A stretch of DNA of 64,000 nt from Monocercomonoides exilis PA203 (Eukaryota; Protista; Preaxostyla): NCBI GenBank assembly GCA_001643675.2, contig LSRY02000061.1, forward strand, positions 124,001 to 188,000. Direction: 5' to 3'. A program made the position numbers and the translations under genes. Position 1 is the first letter of the stretch; every line of letters starts with the position of its first letter. The notes below the pieces were generated by a model, which was given only the letters and a program-made list of their open reading frames with translations, was not told the origin of the DNA and searched no databases. Below are positions 24,511 to 36,993 of the stretch, piece by piece.

Positions 24511-27500
24511 ATGACGCAAAAGAGAAGCAAGCCTTCAAATATCGTATTAGAAATTCGTTCATCTGATTTTCAAAAACATCCTTCGTTAATGTTGAATGAC
24601 TCTCAATCGAAATGCAAACAGTTGTCTCAACATTCTACACAAGATATGTTAATAAATCCTCACCAACAAACATATAAAAAATGTTCATCAGATGGTAGCA
24701 AAAGGCCTGCCGGTAAGCACAGCATATCAACTCAGGATTCTTTTTATCATTATCGAAAACAAAAGATGAAAGGTTGCGCTGTTAGCAATTATTAAAAATA
24801 AATTTTAATGACTTTTTTATCTAACCATTTGAATTTTTGTTCAGATTCTTTGCCAATTTTAAGTGAAGTTTCAGAGTTTACGTCTTTTTTTAATGATTCG
24901 TGTTTTACGCAACAAGAAGAATTAAAGAATATTGAGGAACAAGATGATGAATTACTTCAAATGATTCGCCAAGAGCAGGATGGAAAAAGAAATACAATTG
25001 ATGAAAAAGACAATCAAGAAGTTACAATGAACTTTCGCCATCTTCTGCAAGAAGTTGATGAACTGATGACGTCAAGATCAGGACCTAATAGTGGTATTGG
25101 GTTGAGTGGAACTTTGGAAAGGTTTGATAATACTTCGTCTTTCCGTGAGCTACCAAGGGCGCAAACGTCAATAGGGTTTGTTGGAAAAAAGAAGAAGAAA
25201 CTAATACGTATCAATTCACTCTTCAATCCAAAAGATCAAAAGAGGAAAGTGGTTCATCTGGAATCAGCGATAGAAGAATTAAAGGAACAGGTTCGAGCTC
25301 GGCAAATGAAAAGGCCAGCAGGATGGAATTTGAACGAGCAAGCCACTGATGAAGGGTCTGAGAGTGGAAGTGTTACAAAAAGATCAACACATCAGAGTAT
25401 CAATGAAAGACATAGAGAAAGAGCAGACTTCAGTTCGCAAGCACACAAAAATGCGCCTGGAAAAAGTCTGTTAGAATTGTCTGCAGATTCTGAACCGTCG
25501 TCTGTGGCTGTGTCGCGTGCCAAGCTGCCGCCTCTATTTGAAGAGCAGATCCGATCGCCTGCGTTTCTCGAGGCGTATTGTTCATCGCACAAGGACTCGG
25601 AGGCGGTGATGGAAGACCTGACGATGATGAAGATGAGAGAGGAGATGCTGCAGCAGTCCCCGGTCGAGGAAATGCGCAGAGCAACCGAAAGTTGGATGGC
25701 TGCGAGAGCAAACACGGCAGAATATGGAACCAGAGAGATTTCGAGTAAAGAGCGGGAGATGAGTCCAGAGGATGATTATTATGATGATCTGGATGTTTCC
25801 TTTGAGCATAAGGATCTCGGCCGTACGCGTTCTTCAGCTGATTATGCTTATAAAAGAGGTTTTCTTGATGGAACACACTCTGATTCAATTCAAGATGATA
25901 TCTTCTCTTCTTCTCAGTCAATGAAGCTTACTGATCAAATGCAGCTGCATCCGTTTTTGCAGCAAATGTCGTTGGAACAGCAGATGAGCACGCTCACAAA
26001 AGTTACACAGCCTTTTTCTTTGCCTCAGCGCTCGCACAGTTCGATGGAAGCTTCACGTTACCAAAGCATATACAGCAGATCTTACCGAACATATGCTCCT
26101 TCATCTTCACTTTCATCTTCTTCTTCTTCCTCTGATTCCATTTCTGCGTTGTCTTCGATATATTTTGACCCATCTTTTGCGTCTCAGCTGTCACATCGCC
26201 ATCCAACACAGTTTTCGTCTCCGCTTCCGTCTTTACGTTCATCCCGCAGAAATGAAAATGTACAGTCGCCTTATTCAAGTGTGAATAGGGGAAGTGCTGT
26301 GAGAGCTGACTCTTCTTCATCAAATCCACCATTCAATTCATCCACACTCAGTGAAATGACTTCTGAAGGTGATCGTTTTGTTCCTGCTTCAAATGCCTCT
26401 GCTGTTCGTTCTTCGACCGCCACGACGTCTGTTTTCGATTTCTGCGATTCGTCGCCCCATTCGCAGCTGCCTGTTTTTGTTCAAAAGTCATCCCGCCTTC
26501 AGAAAGAGAGAGAGAAAGAAGATTATCTTCATTCAACAAACACCGAAGAAAAGGAGACGACTTCACCAGCACATGTGAAGAGGCACCCGAAGGAGATTAT
26601 CATCCCACCAAACCGCACAGCTGCCAGTTTTGCAAGTCAACCTCAACTCTCTTCCTCTCAACAGATGACACAATCACGCACACAACAGACGAATACTAAT
26701 TCCCCAATTCGCTATCAGCGCCCTGAAATTCCCCCGCTTCTCCACACTGTTTCTGTTCTTTCTTCTCGTTCATCTGCCTTTCCCTCCAACGATTTCAGTT
26801 TGAATTCTCCTCAGACAACATCTCGAACACTCCATGCTTCCACACAGCGTTCCTATCAGATTTCGCCGCTGACTCAGAGAAGCACCTCGTCTGCTTCCTC
26901 CACTGCCCGCACTCTTAGCACACTGAATTCATCATCTCCTGATGAAATGTCGAAGACTTTGTTGTCATTGAGCTCAATGCCATTCAACTCCATATCACGT
27001 TCTGTGAATACTCATCGTGCAACAACAACACCATTTGCTTCGTATGACGTCTTAAATACGCCTCGAAATGGATCTTCTAATGGTTTGATTGAAATGTCTC
27101 CTTCGACGTATCGCTTCCTCCAAGTGAGGCAGAGGTTTCTGTTGCAGCAGCAGGCAGAGCACAAACAGAGAGAAGAGCGGCTGCTGAATGAAGAGATAGC
27201 TCATTCTGTTCTTCCGCTAGGCACAAAGAGTTCTTTTTCTTCTCCTCTTGCAGCTTCTTTGTCCTCTCCCCTGCTGCCTTCACAGATAAACTCGCGGGGG
27301 CAGTTTGTGGTTGTGGAAGGGCAGCGCCGGAAGACGACGATGTGGAAGACAGTGATAAACGCTGCGCTTCGCCTTGCTGTGCTTTTGGACGGGCTGAGCG
27401 AAGACCGCAATCGGAGGTGGATTAAAATGGCTGTGATGAAAGAGATGAGAAGGAGGAGAATTGAAGAGTTGAAGACAGAAATTAGGAAGAGAAGAAGAAA

Positions 27501-29844
27501 AATGCTTGTGTCGTTTCAGGTTCTGGCAAGGTTTGATATGGAGTGTTTTTTTTTTTTCATTAATGAAATGTTTTATGTTGATTTTGGCTTTTATTTTTGA
27601 ATTCGAATTATTTGATGAACATAAATGTTTCACATTTCGTAATCTGCCATCTTATTCTTCATGAATCTATTACCCTTTTATATTATATGTGATTTTGCCT
27701 GTATCATGATATTTTATTGATTTGTATAGAGCACTTGGCAGATTTATTTGTGCACAAAGAATGAAGCAAAGAAGGAGAAATGCAGAAATAATGCGATCTC
27801 TAATGTTTCAGACACAGATTCACATGATATTTGTTATCAGAGTCAACAAGTTCCGATCAATCAGTATGTTGTTATTTGGAGTTTTGTGGTTTTTCCTGTT
27901 TGTTTTGTTTGTCATACCAACCCATTTGCCTCTTATTAAATAACTTCTTTTCATCTTTTAATTACATTAAATGTTTCAATCATTTTTTCCCTGAAATTGT
28001 AATCTTTTTTTTATTGGCTCTTCTATTTCGCTTTTGTTAACTTTACTCAGTAATCAACTGCCAGAGAAAAGCAAAGAGCTTTATCAGATGTTTGAGTGCT
28101 CGCTATACTGCAGTAGATATAATGGTATGAAATCTGTAAATAAGATTTCACAGCAACTGTGAGAAATGAAAAAATAGATATTTGTGATTTTTTTGTTGGT
28201 TAATCTGCATTATATGAATGAGTTATTTAGTGATGATTTTGCAGTTAAATATTTTTTATTCTAATTATTTTATTTGCTTTTTATTTCGTTGCTCATTTAT
28301 ATTTTTATTAAAGTGGAGAAGCGAAGAAGCTCGTATTTTACTAGACACTTTACCTGTTTGGGGAAACCCGAGGAAATACAGAAGAAGTTGGAAATGGATG
28401 AGTAAAAACGATACTTTGGACAGTTTTGAAAAGGAAGAAAAGAACGGAAACTTCGAAGGGTTTGTTTATATTGCAAAATTATTGTTGAATTTTTTTTGGA
28501 AATAAAGAGCTTTTTTTTTGATTTGTATTATTGTGAATGAAACTTGATAAGATATTTTCCATAAATCATTTTCTACAAATTTATATCTTTTAATTGATCA
28601 TTTTCTTAATGATATTTTAAATATCTGTACTGCTGTGTTAAATCTTTATTTGTAGCGTTCCTTCAATGAGTCCAGATGACCCAGATGAAGTAACATATCA
28701 GAAACTAAAGGAACTTTATCCATTTGAACTTAGCCGTCTTTCAGTCGCAATAGAGGCTAATACATACAATCCTATTGTAACTGAAGCACCTGCTGTATCA
28801 TCAAACTCATCTGCTAATTATTCCACACTTCAGAGCAACCTGACTGTCACAGATAAGCTTCCTGTTTCAGAGCAGCTTGATGTCATAGATTCATCCAATA
28901 AAACTTCCCCAGGCAATCAGAGTGAGCAATCTCAGATTCATTTTGATTCACTCCAGAATTTGGTGAAGCAGTTTCTTGATGTCATGGGACACGACCAGCA
29001 GCGGTTCAGATCGTCATCATCACGAGGCTCTTTAATTCGGAATGTCTCTTCTGCAAATATGTCATCGTCTTCAGCATCATTATCGCATCCAAATTCTCAA
29101 AGCAATCGTCCTCTTGTGAGGATGAACACCAAGTTCATTAAGCACCATTCTTCTTTGCCTTTGAATTCTGTTGATAGCTCTGCTGCTCAAAAGCAGAATG
29201 GTATTAATTCTGATGCTTCTTCAAATAATCCAGAAAATATTCTTCTCTCAGCTCCCTCGTTTCTCATTCTTGAAGAGCGGGAAAAAGAGAATTCAAAAGA
29301 GATGTTATCGCATAAGCATGGCATGAATGGAAAAGTGCGAGGCAACAGCGGGAGTGATAGAGCCGAAAGAGCTGAGAAGCAGCAGTTGCATGCGCTTGTT
29401 CCTGAGCTGATACGGCTGCGAATCATCCGTCGTGTTGTAAGAGAGCTTCGGAAGGAGTGGATACTGGAGACGCGCCCAGTGGTGCATGTTCCGGCAATGG
29501 GAGGGGTTCCAATGAAAGAAGAGGAAAAGGATATGCAGATGGAAGTAGATGAGGCATTAGAAAATGCAACGTATTCTTGTCAGCAGCAACAGATGTTATC
29601 TCCAATCACACCAACATCAATTGACACGAAGAGCTTTATGAGTGAGCGAATTGCTTCACCACGTTCTGTTAAATCATCTTCTTTTGGCGTGAAACCAATC
29701 TCGTTTATACCAAAACGGAAGGAAGCTAAAGATATTCCAGTGTTTCCCATGCTTGTAAAGATACGTCGACATATCCATCAAATGGTGTGTGAAGGGATGC
29801 GAGCAACAATTGAAGAGGATTCTAAAACAAAATATGGGTTGTGA
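24511..29844 (+). CDS. Large Ser-rich hypothetical protein with basic IQ-like helical region (5 introns)
   Basis: Exons join in frame through GT-AG introns 24773-24844, 27531-27729, 27864-28050, ~28125-28313, ~28460-28655; basic helices e.g. IINCQRKAKSFIRC; no recognisable catalytic domain. Confidence 0.7.
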
Positions 29845-30986
29845 AAATAAGATGTGTTCGAGAAAAGAGATTCGATCTTTTTAAACAATAAATAAAGTTT
29901 AAAGATATTTAACTTTTCAATGTTGCTGAAAAAGAGAAATTTCTGTGTTAAAATGAAATACTTAAATGTGCGTTACATGACTATTTCTTCCTTTTAAGCC
30001 TTTGTAATATTTCGATTATGCGATGATTGATTGATTGATTGTTGAAAATCTTATGATTTGGATTGGTAAATATTTTGTTAAGTTTAAGAAATTTCGTGGA
30101 TGTTTAGAAATTTGTTATTATGCAATTACACTTTTTTTTAAATATCCATACGTTCACAATTTGCTTTATTTTTTCTTGGCTTACAAAGTGAGTTATTTGA
30201 TGAGATATCTTTTCGTGTCTGCGTGGTATTTTTATTTTTATTTTATTTTATTTTATTTATGTTTCTACTGCACTTTGCAGCTAAAAAAAAATTTTTTTTC
30301 GATATTTCATTGTTTTTTTATTAATTATTTTTATAATATATATGTGTATGTATATATATTATTTTTCTTTGTTATTCTTTCTTTTTATTATTTATGTCGA
30401 ACAATTATTTCAACCTAATTTATTTTTTATTATTATTATTATTATTTTTAATACAACTTTTGTTTCGGAGTTTCTTTGTTATTCTTACACTTCAAATTTT
30501 AATTATCACAATTCATTCTTTATACAAGAAACAGTTACCTTATTTTTTGAAAACTAATCATCGGAATAATCCATTTCAAAATAATTATGTAAATGCGGAA
30601 AATAGGTGTTCCTGTATTTCTATATTATTTTGAAAAAAAAATTGCAATAAATATCAAATTTCATTTGTTCATGGGTTGCCTTTAATTTGTGCATCAAATA
30701 AAAAAAAAGAAAGGGTAATTCTTTTTGAAAAGTTGCAAATGTTTAATAATCGAATAAATCAAAATTTTCATATTTTGCTCAAATTTATGTTAACGAATAT
30801 CAAACTTCGCTAATATATAGAATCAATTTCTGGATAATGCTATTTCAAACATTCTTAAGAAGATTTGTGAGTGGAAACAGAAATTTGAGCTAAATATGAA
30901 ATTTTCGTTTTATTTGAAAATAAAACATTTGCGACTTTTCTAAAAGAATTACACATATGGGAAAAAATAAAACAAACAATTTTGTT

Positions 30987-30987
<1 letters not shown>

Positions 30988-31027
<40 letters not shown>
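30988..31027. repeat. Poly-T tract (~40 nt)
   Basis: Direct reading. Confidence 0.9.
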
Positions 31028-31030
<3 letters not shown>

Positions 31031-31640
31031 GGCTGATATTTTTTGAAATCAAACATTCATTCTGGTTTTGATCAAATTTTTTTTTTCAACAGGATTATAA
31101 AAATAGAATAATATCGGAAAACACAAATATCTCAATCGTTGGTGATTATTTTTTAAATTATATCTTTTTTCGTGGTGTTCATTTTTCAACGACTGAACGT
31201 TTTTTTTTTTTTTTTTGATAGTTATTTTTAATTCAAAAGAGGAAAAGAATAATAATTGTTTTCAAAATTAAAAGTCAAAATCGAATCAAAGATAAAAATG
31301 TCTTCGATCAGTCTTTTCACTTTTCAATGTTCTTGGATTGATATACAAAAGAAATTTTTCAACCGAAAATTTAATATGTCAAAATATGATTTCAAAAATT
31401 ATCACACAAAATTACAAATTATTAAAATATTTCAATTTTTGATCAAAATTCTCTTCGCACTTTTATTATATCATTAACATGGAGATGATAAAATCTTCAA
31501 AATTTTGTTTTTACACGGAAGAATTTTTGTGAAAAGAAAACAAAATTTGATGAAAGGTTTTTTTTTTCTAATTCATCTGAAAATGGAACAGAAAGAACTT
31601 TTCAAAAAATTTTAGACTTCTTCAGATCTTATTCTCATTA

Positions 31641-32046
31641 TAGTTACTTTCTTAATAGGCGGACACTTTCCTAATGGCAGGACAGTAACCTTTTCTCAAC
31701 AGGTGATAAACGTAGAATATTGATTTTTTCCCACATCATTTGAAAGGTGAATATGAGTGAATGAAGTATTCTGAGAATACTTTATTCTTGTTCATTCATT
31801 TTTTAAAAACAAATATTGTTTTTCGGAGAAACACGGAGTAATTAGTTTTTCCGAATTTCTCCGAAAAACAAAATTTATTTTAAAAAAATGAATGAACAAG
31901 AATGAAGTATTCTCAGAATGCTTCATATACTTATATTCACATTTCGATTAATGTGGGAAAAAATCAAAATTCTACGTTCATTAGCTGCTGAGAAAAGGCT
32001 ACTGTCCGGCCATTAGGAAAGTGTCCGCCTATTAGGAAAGTAACTA
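31641..32046. mobile_element. Fold-back MITE (non-autonomous Tc1/mariner-pogo-type DNA transposon), TA target-site duplication
   Basis: Left arm TAGTTACTTTCTTAATAGGCGGACACTTTCCTAATGGC... is the reverse complement of right arm ...GCCATTAGGAAAGTGTCCGCCTATTAGGAAAGTAACTA over about 190-195 bp each; flanked by TA at 31639-31640 and 32047-32048; no ORF. Confidence 0.85.
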
Positions 32047-32680
32047 TACTTAAATTTTTTTTGCATTTTTTTTTGAAATGAGAATGCAATTCTTTAAATT
32101 ATGAGATTGCTATTAATTTCTTGTGTAAATAGTTCAGTCTTAATCGGATATAGCCAGATCAAAATTTGCACAACTTTTTGTGACTGCATCCTATTGTGCT
32201 GATATCCGATGCTGCTTTCGATAGAAAATAATGAAATTTTATAAATATATTAATTAATTTTGGATCAAGTTATAAATATTTCGCATTTCTTTCTTTAAAC
32301 GCATTTTTCACTCGCTAAAACTATTTTTTGTCATTTTCATTCACTATTAAGACTTATAAATTTTGAATTTTTTAATTCTTCAAATCGATGTTTAATATCA
32401 AAAAATCGTATTTGCATTGAAATAATCACTCATAATTATTAAAAATGAGATTGATTTCATTGGACCCTGTGATAATTTGGGAAGAAAATTGAATGAAAAA
32501 ATATGAAATGTCTGTGCACAGAATAATGTGATTAAAAACGAATATGATAGTATTCGATGTGATTGCATTCTGTAAAGACTGTGATTTTTTCATTAAAACA
32601 AAAATAAATCACCAAATGATGCGATAATCCAGATCCAATAAATAAAAATGTTGAAAAACCCAAACACTTAATATTCTTTC

Positions 32681-32712
32681 ATTCATTCATTCATTCATTC
32701 ATTCATTCATTC
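32681..32712. repeat. (ATTC)n microsatellite
   Basis: Eight tandem ATTC units. Confidence 0.85.
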
Positions 32713-33107
32713 TTTCTTTCTTTTGAAAAAACGGATGCTTTCGAAATTGAATTTTAAGAAATATTTTTTTTTTAATTTAACATTAATCCGTCAAAAACAA
32801 ATATTTAAATGGAAAAGATAAACATTTCCTGAAATACATCTGTTTTGAAAATATCACCACAATAACACACAATCATTTTCTTTTAAATAATGGATAGAAA
32901 GTTTTTTCCAAACACAATTTTTATTCAGAACAGTAAATTCTTTGAGAAAATAATATAATGGCTCATAAAAATTTTTTCTAATAAACAAAGAGCTTTCAAT
33001 TCTTGAGATACAGTTAAAAAGGTTACATGTGTGTGCTTCTGGAAACTCACATAAATTCAATATTTCTTGTTTTTTTGATTTTATTTTATGATCAAAGGTC
33101 CGTCCCT

Positions 33108-34212
33108 ATGAATGAAGATTCTCAAAAAGAGGGCAAATTTGGAGCTTCTGAGGAACAAGATCATGATGAAACACTAAAAGAACAAAGGAAAAATGTAATG
33201 GAATCACTGCAACTTTTTCTTCAGCTCGTTTCAGAACAAATGAAGAAGAAAGAAAATGAAAGCAATGATGAACGGAATGAAATTAAAAATGACGGAATTC
33301 CAGTCATTACAGATCCTTTTACGGAACTCACTACATTATTTGATCCAGATGTCACCTTAGATGTTCCAGAGAAATTTTTAAAGCCATCTCCAATAACTGA
33401 TGAAATTAAGAGAAAAAAATATCATCACAGACATCCACTGTATCTTTTAAATATATTTTTAAAATATTTAATTTTAATTTTATTTTAACAGGTTTAGAAG
33501 AGATGAAGAATGTTATTTTCCTACAACGTCTTGCCCATCATCATTTGAACAAAAACTTCAAAGTAGAATGAGAGGAGATGCAATGGAATTAGACGGGATG
33601 ACTTATGAAGAGTTATCGCAATTATCAGATATGATTGGAACAGTTGATGTTGGACTCACCGATGAACAATTTGAAAATTTACCAACTTTTCAATATGATA
33701 GGATAAGGGTGGATAACTGTTCAAGCAAAGAAGAAAAAAAATTAGATGAAAACAATAATACAGAAAATAAAGATAATATAGCATTACAGTCGTCTTCATC
33801 ATCATCGTCTTCATCTCAGACACAACCAATATCACTAACAGAAAACATTTCAAAAGAACCTGTAAATGAAGCAACAATTATTACCACTTCTTCAAGTCAA
33901 CTTCCACAAGAACCTATTACAACCACAACAAGTTCATCTGTCACACCTTTCCCTCCCAGTAAAGAATTATCTACAATGACGGATAAGCCTTCATCTTCAT
34001 CTTCAACTGTAATTGTTGGCTCTGAACTTATTACTGTTCCCGATGAAGATGATGATACAATGCTGGAAAAGTGTCCTATTTGCCAGATGGAATTTGAGTT
34101 TGGAGAAACTCTTGTCACTTTACCATGCGTTCATTCTTTTCATGTTGATTGCGCAAAGCAGTGGTTGAAAAAGAAAAAAACTTGTCCTTACTGCAAGGAA
34201 AGGGTAATTTAG
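33108..34212 (+). CDS. RING-H2 E3 ubiquitin ligase (BIG BROTHER/MBR/RNF38-like architecture)
   Basis: DGMTYEELSQLSDMIGTVDVGLT pre-RING motif; CPICQMEF...LPCVHSFHVDCAKQWLKKKKTCPYCK C3H2C3; intron ~33440-33491; start uncertain. Confidence 0.9.
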
Positions 34213-34349
34213 TTTTTCTATGTTTTTCTTTCAACATTTTTAAGCATAAAAATGAAATGTGTAATGAGTTATTTTTTAATCAATTTCTTATTACATTTTT
34301 AACCCATATTTTAATATTAATTTTTTTTGTTTTTGGGGATTTTTGTTGG

Positions 34350-35843
34350 ATGGGAAACTTCGATAATGCCGATGATTTGTGTAAAGGCATGACGTATTTC
34401 GAAATGTATACATCACACAATTTTTATATTTTGTAACATGCTTGAATTGTTATGAATGAAAAAATTTAGCTCAATTTTTGGCTTGACTGCAATTTATGCC
34501 ATTGAAGAATTAATTCGATGCGAAATTATAAATCACCCCAAAATGATTCGTTGCCAGTTTTCTTTTCACTTGGCATTTCATCTTCTGATGCCATTGTCAT
34601 TTCTTATGAGGTTTATTATTTTTGTAATTTGAATTAATATTTCAATTATATCTAAAGAGCAATTTGCAATGGGATATATGCAACTCCTTGTCAGACTATT
34701 TACAGTCAGAAGCCAGTGGAAACAATTTTAACTGGCATGGCAGGCTATTTTTATATTTCATGCTTTGTGTTTGTGGTAATGCACTGGGCTTCGCTTATTC
34801 ATTCCGGAAAAAAGCATAGAGCATTTACTGTACTAACAAATATTCTGATTTTAATATTTTGCTTTGTTCTTCCTTTCATTTTGTTTATTGCAAACTGGAT
34901 AAGTTATTCGTCTGATGGTAATTACGATGGAAAAATTCATCAAGTTGAAGTTATATACAACGTAGTCTTAAACGTTATTGTTTCAATTGCATTTCTTGTG
35001 TACGGATTGATGTTACTTTACATAACATCTCATTTGAGTTCTTTACAAGCTGCGACAAGATTGAAGCGTCAAGTATTAATACAAACTTTTGTCTGCTTGC
35101 TGCTTTTTCTGCTAAGAGCCATTTTATTGTTAATACAAGTTTCTCATGTAGAAGAATTATTTCGTCGTTCTTTGGTTATTGCGAACACACTTGTTGGAGA
35201 AGTGTTGTTGGCTTGCCTGATGCTGATATTTCTATCTCCATCATGCATTAATCGTATTCAAGGAAATAATGGAACAAACAATGCAAAAGGCACTTCTTCT
35301 GGAAGCCAAGCTAAAAAGACTAAGAAAAAGAGGGTGATATCACTTGATGATTCGCTGCTTCATCGACCCCATTCAGATTTTCTGGATGAAGACGTACCAG
35401 ATTTGGAATCAAAGAACGACGTGCAAGCATTCTCACGAGCACGCTCACGGATGGGTAATGAAGAAGAAGAGGAAGAAGAAAAAGAAAGCAGATATCGTTC
35501 GAGACTGGACTTTGATGATTCTCTGGGAATTGAACACAAGGAAGGTTTAAAGCCAGGTGCTAACAAAGAATTTGGAGGACAAAACGACTTTATCACAAGC
35601 AGCTCACACAATGAAATAAACACAACTTTATTCAATGAAACACACTCACAAGGAATTATGTATGGAGGAGATAGTTTGTTCCACCCAACAGCAGCTGATT
35701 TGGGATCCTATCAACACGATGAGAATTATGACGATGCCGATGCGCCTTTTTGCGAAGAAGATCCCGAAGATGAGCATGAAGCATATGGATGTTATCAAGA
35801 CAATTCAGAAGAACACACAAACAATAATGGCAATTTCTCTTGA
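34350..35843 (+). CDS. Multi-pass (7TM-like) membrane protein, THH1/TOM1/GPR137-like, with acidic cytoplasmic tail
   Basis: Spliced N-terminus ...FHLLMPLSFLMRAIC..., then GYFYISCFVFVVMHWASLIH, AFLVYGLMLL, CLLLFLLRAI, LVGEVL - pattern typical of DUF1084/TOM1 family. Confidence 0.7.
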
Positions 35844-36993
35844 AGAGGAAAATGCAAGTGACATAATTGGATAGATAAGAGCATTGAAAGCAACTAAATG
35901 AGATTACTTAGATGAAGCAGTAAGCTTTTTCCCGCAAGAAGTTGCACAAATCAGCCAGCGCTTCTTCCGTCTTTGAATGAATCACGTTTGTGGGGGTATT
36001 TTTTGTGATTAAGAATTGAACCGCGTGAATGCGTCAAATGAGCCTCTATGCTTTGAATTACAGAAGATATAATTTCATAATTAAAATGAAACTATGGAGA
36101 AAAAAGAAAAATGAGAACAAATTGAGTAATGCAGAAACATTTAGCATTTGCTTCAATTATGCTTTTTCTTTTCAATGCTTTTCAACTTGCATCCGCAATT
36201 GAAGTTTGAATTCTTATTCATTATGTTAAATGCATTGAGTAGTTGTGGCAAATTTAAAGCTTTCCATGGTGAGTCCAAACAACAATATTGACAGAGTATT
36301 CGATGCAAAACATTATCTTTACATTGCATTTCGCATTATTCGATGTGTTATGTATGTTTTGTGTATACTATTGAAATAATATGTATATGAGAGATTTCCT
36401 CCTCTTTCTCCTCTGAGAAAGTATACTTTTTTCTTTTGTAAAATCTGTCGAAATTCTGTGTTTTATTTGAAAAAATTAGTATCATTTCAGCATTTATTTT
36501 AAAGAAATTAATACACTTTAAAAAAGTCATCACTTTTTTTAATATTGTTTTTAAAAATCAAAAACTTCATTTTTCACAAAACAGAAAATTTCAAATTATC
36601 TTATTTATTTCGCTTTTTTATTTCCACATTTTATGCAAAACAAAGAATGAAGAATTGATTCGTTTGAAACAGTTTTTTCATCTCTTCTGAAAACAACTCA
36701 AATGAATTTTTTCTTTTTGGAAAAATGAAAATCAAATATAAATGTGATTTCATTCAAGCAATAATTGTGTGAATCTTTTATTTTGTACAAAATAAAAGAT
36801 TTAACCATTGAAGTGTTCTTTCCATTTTTAAATATCAACGAAAACGATAATATCTTTATGTACTTCCAATCCTGTTCAATTGTTGATCATTATTGCCACT
36901 ACAAGAGCCTAAAACTCAAAATGACTTTTCTAATCAATAAAATATCATTTTCAAAATGTCGTTGATCAATAAATATTATTTGTAATTCTAGAA

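Noticed and set aside
30035-31477. AT-rich Phe/Ile/Tyr ORFs
   Set aside because: Composition-driven ORFs in intergenic DNA with no motifs
31641-32046. Possible CRISPR-like or ncRNA interpretation of the palindrome
   Set aside because: No repeat-spacer periodicity; TIR plus TA duplication is better explained as a MITE
34500-34600. Suspected in-frame TGA (Sec or recoding) in the 7TM gene
   Set aside because: Correct reading CAC CCC AAA ATG is open; no recoding needed
35880-36060. GC-richer intergenic patch as possible snoRNA or SECIS
   Set aside because: No convincing C/D boxes, SECIS core or stable stem found; probably UTR
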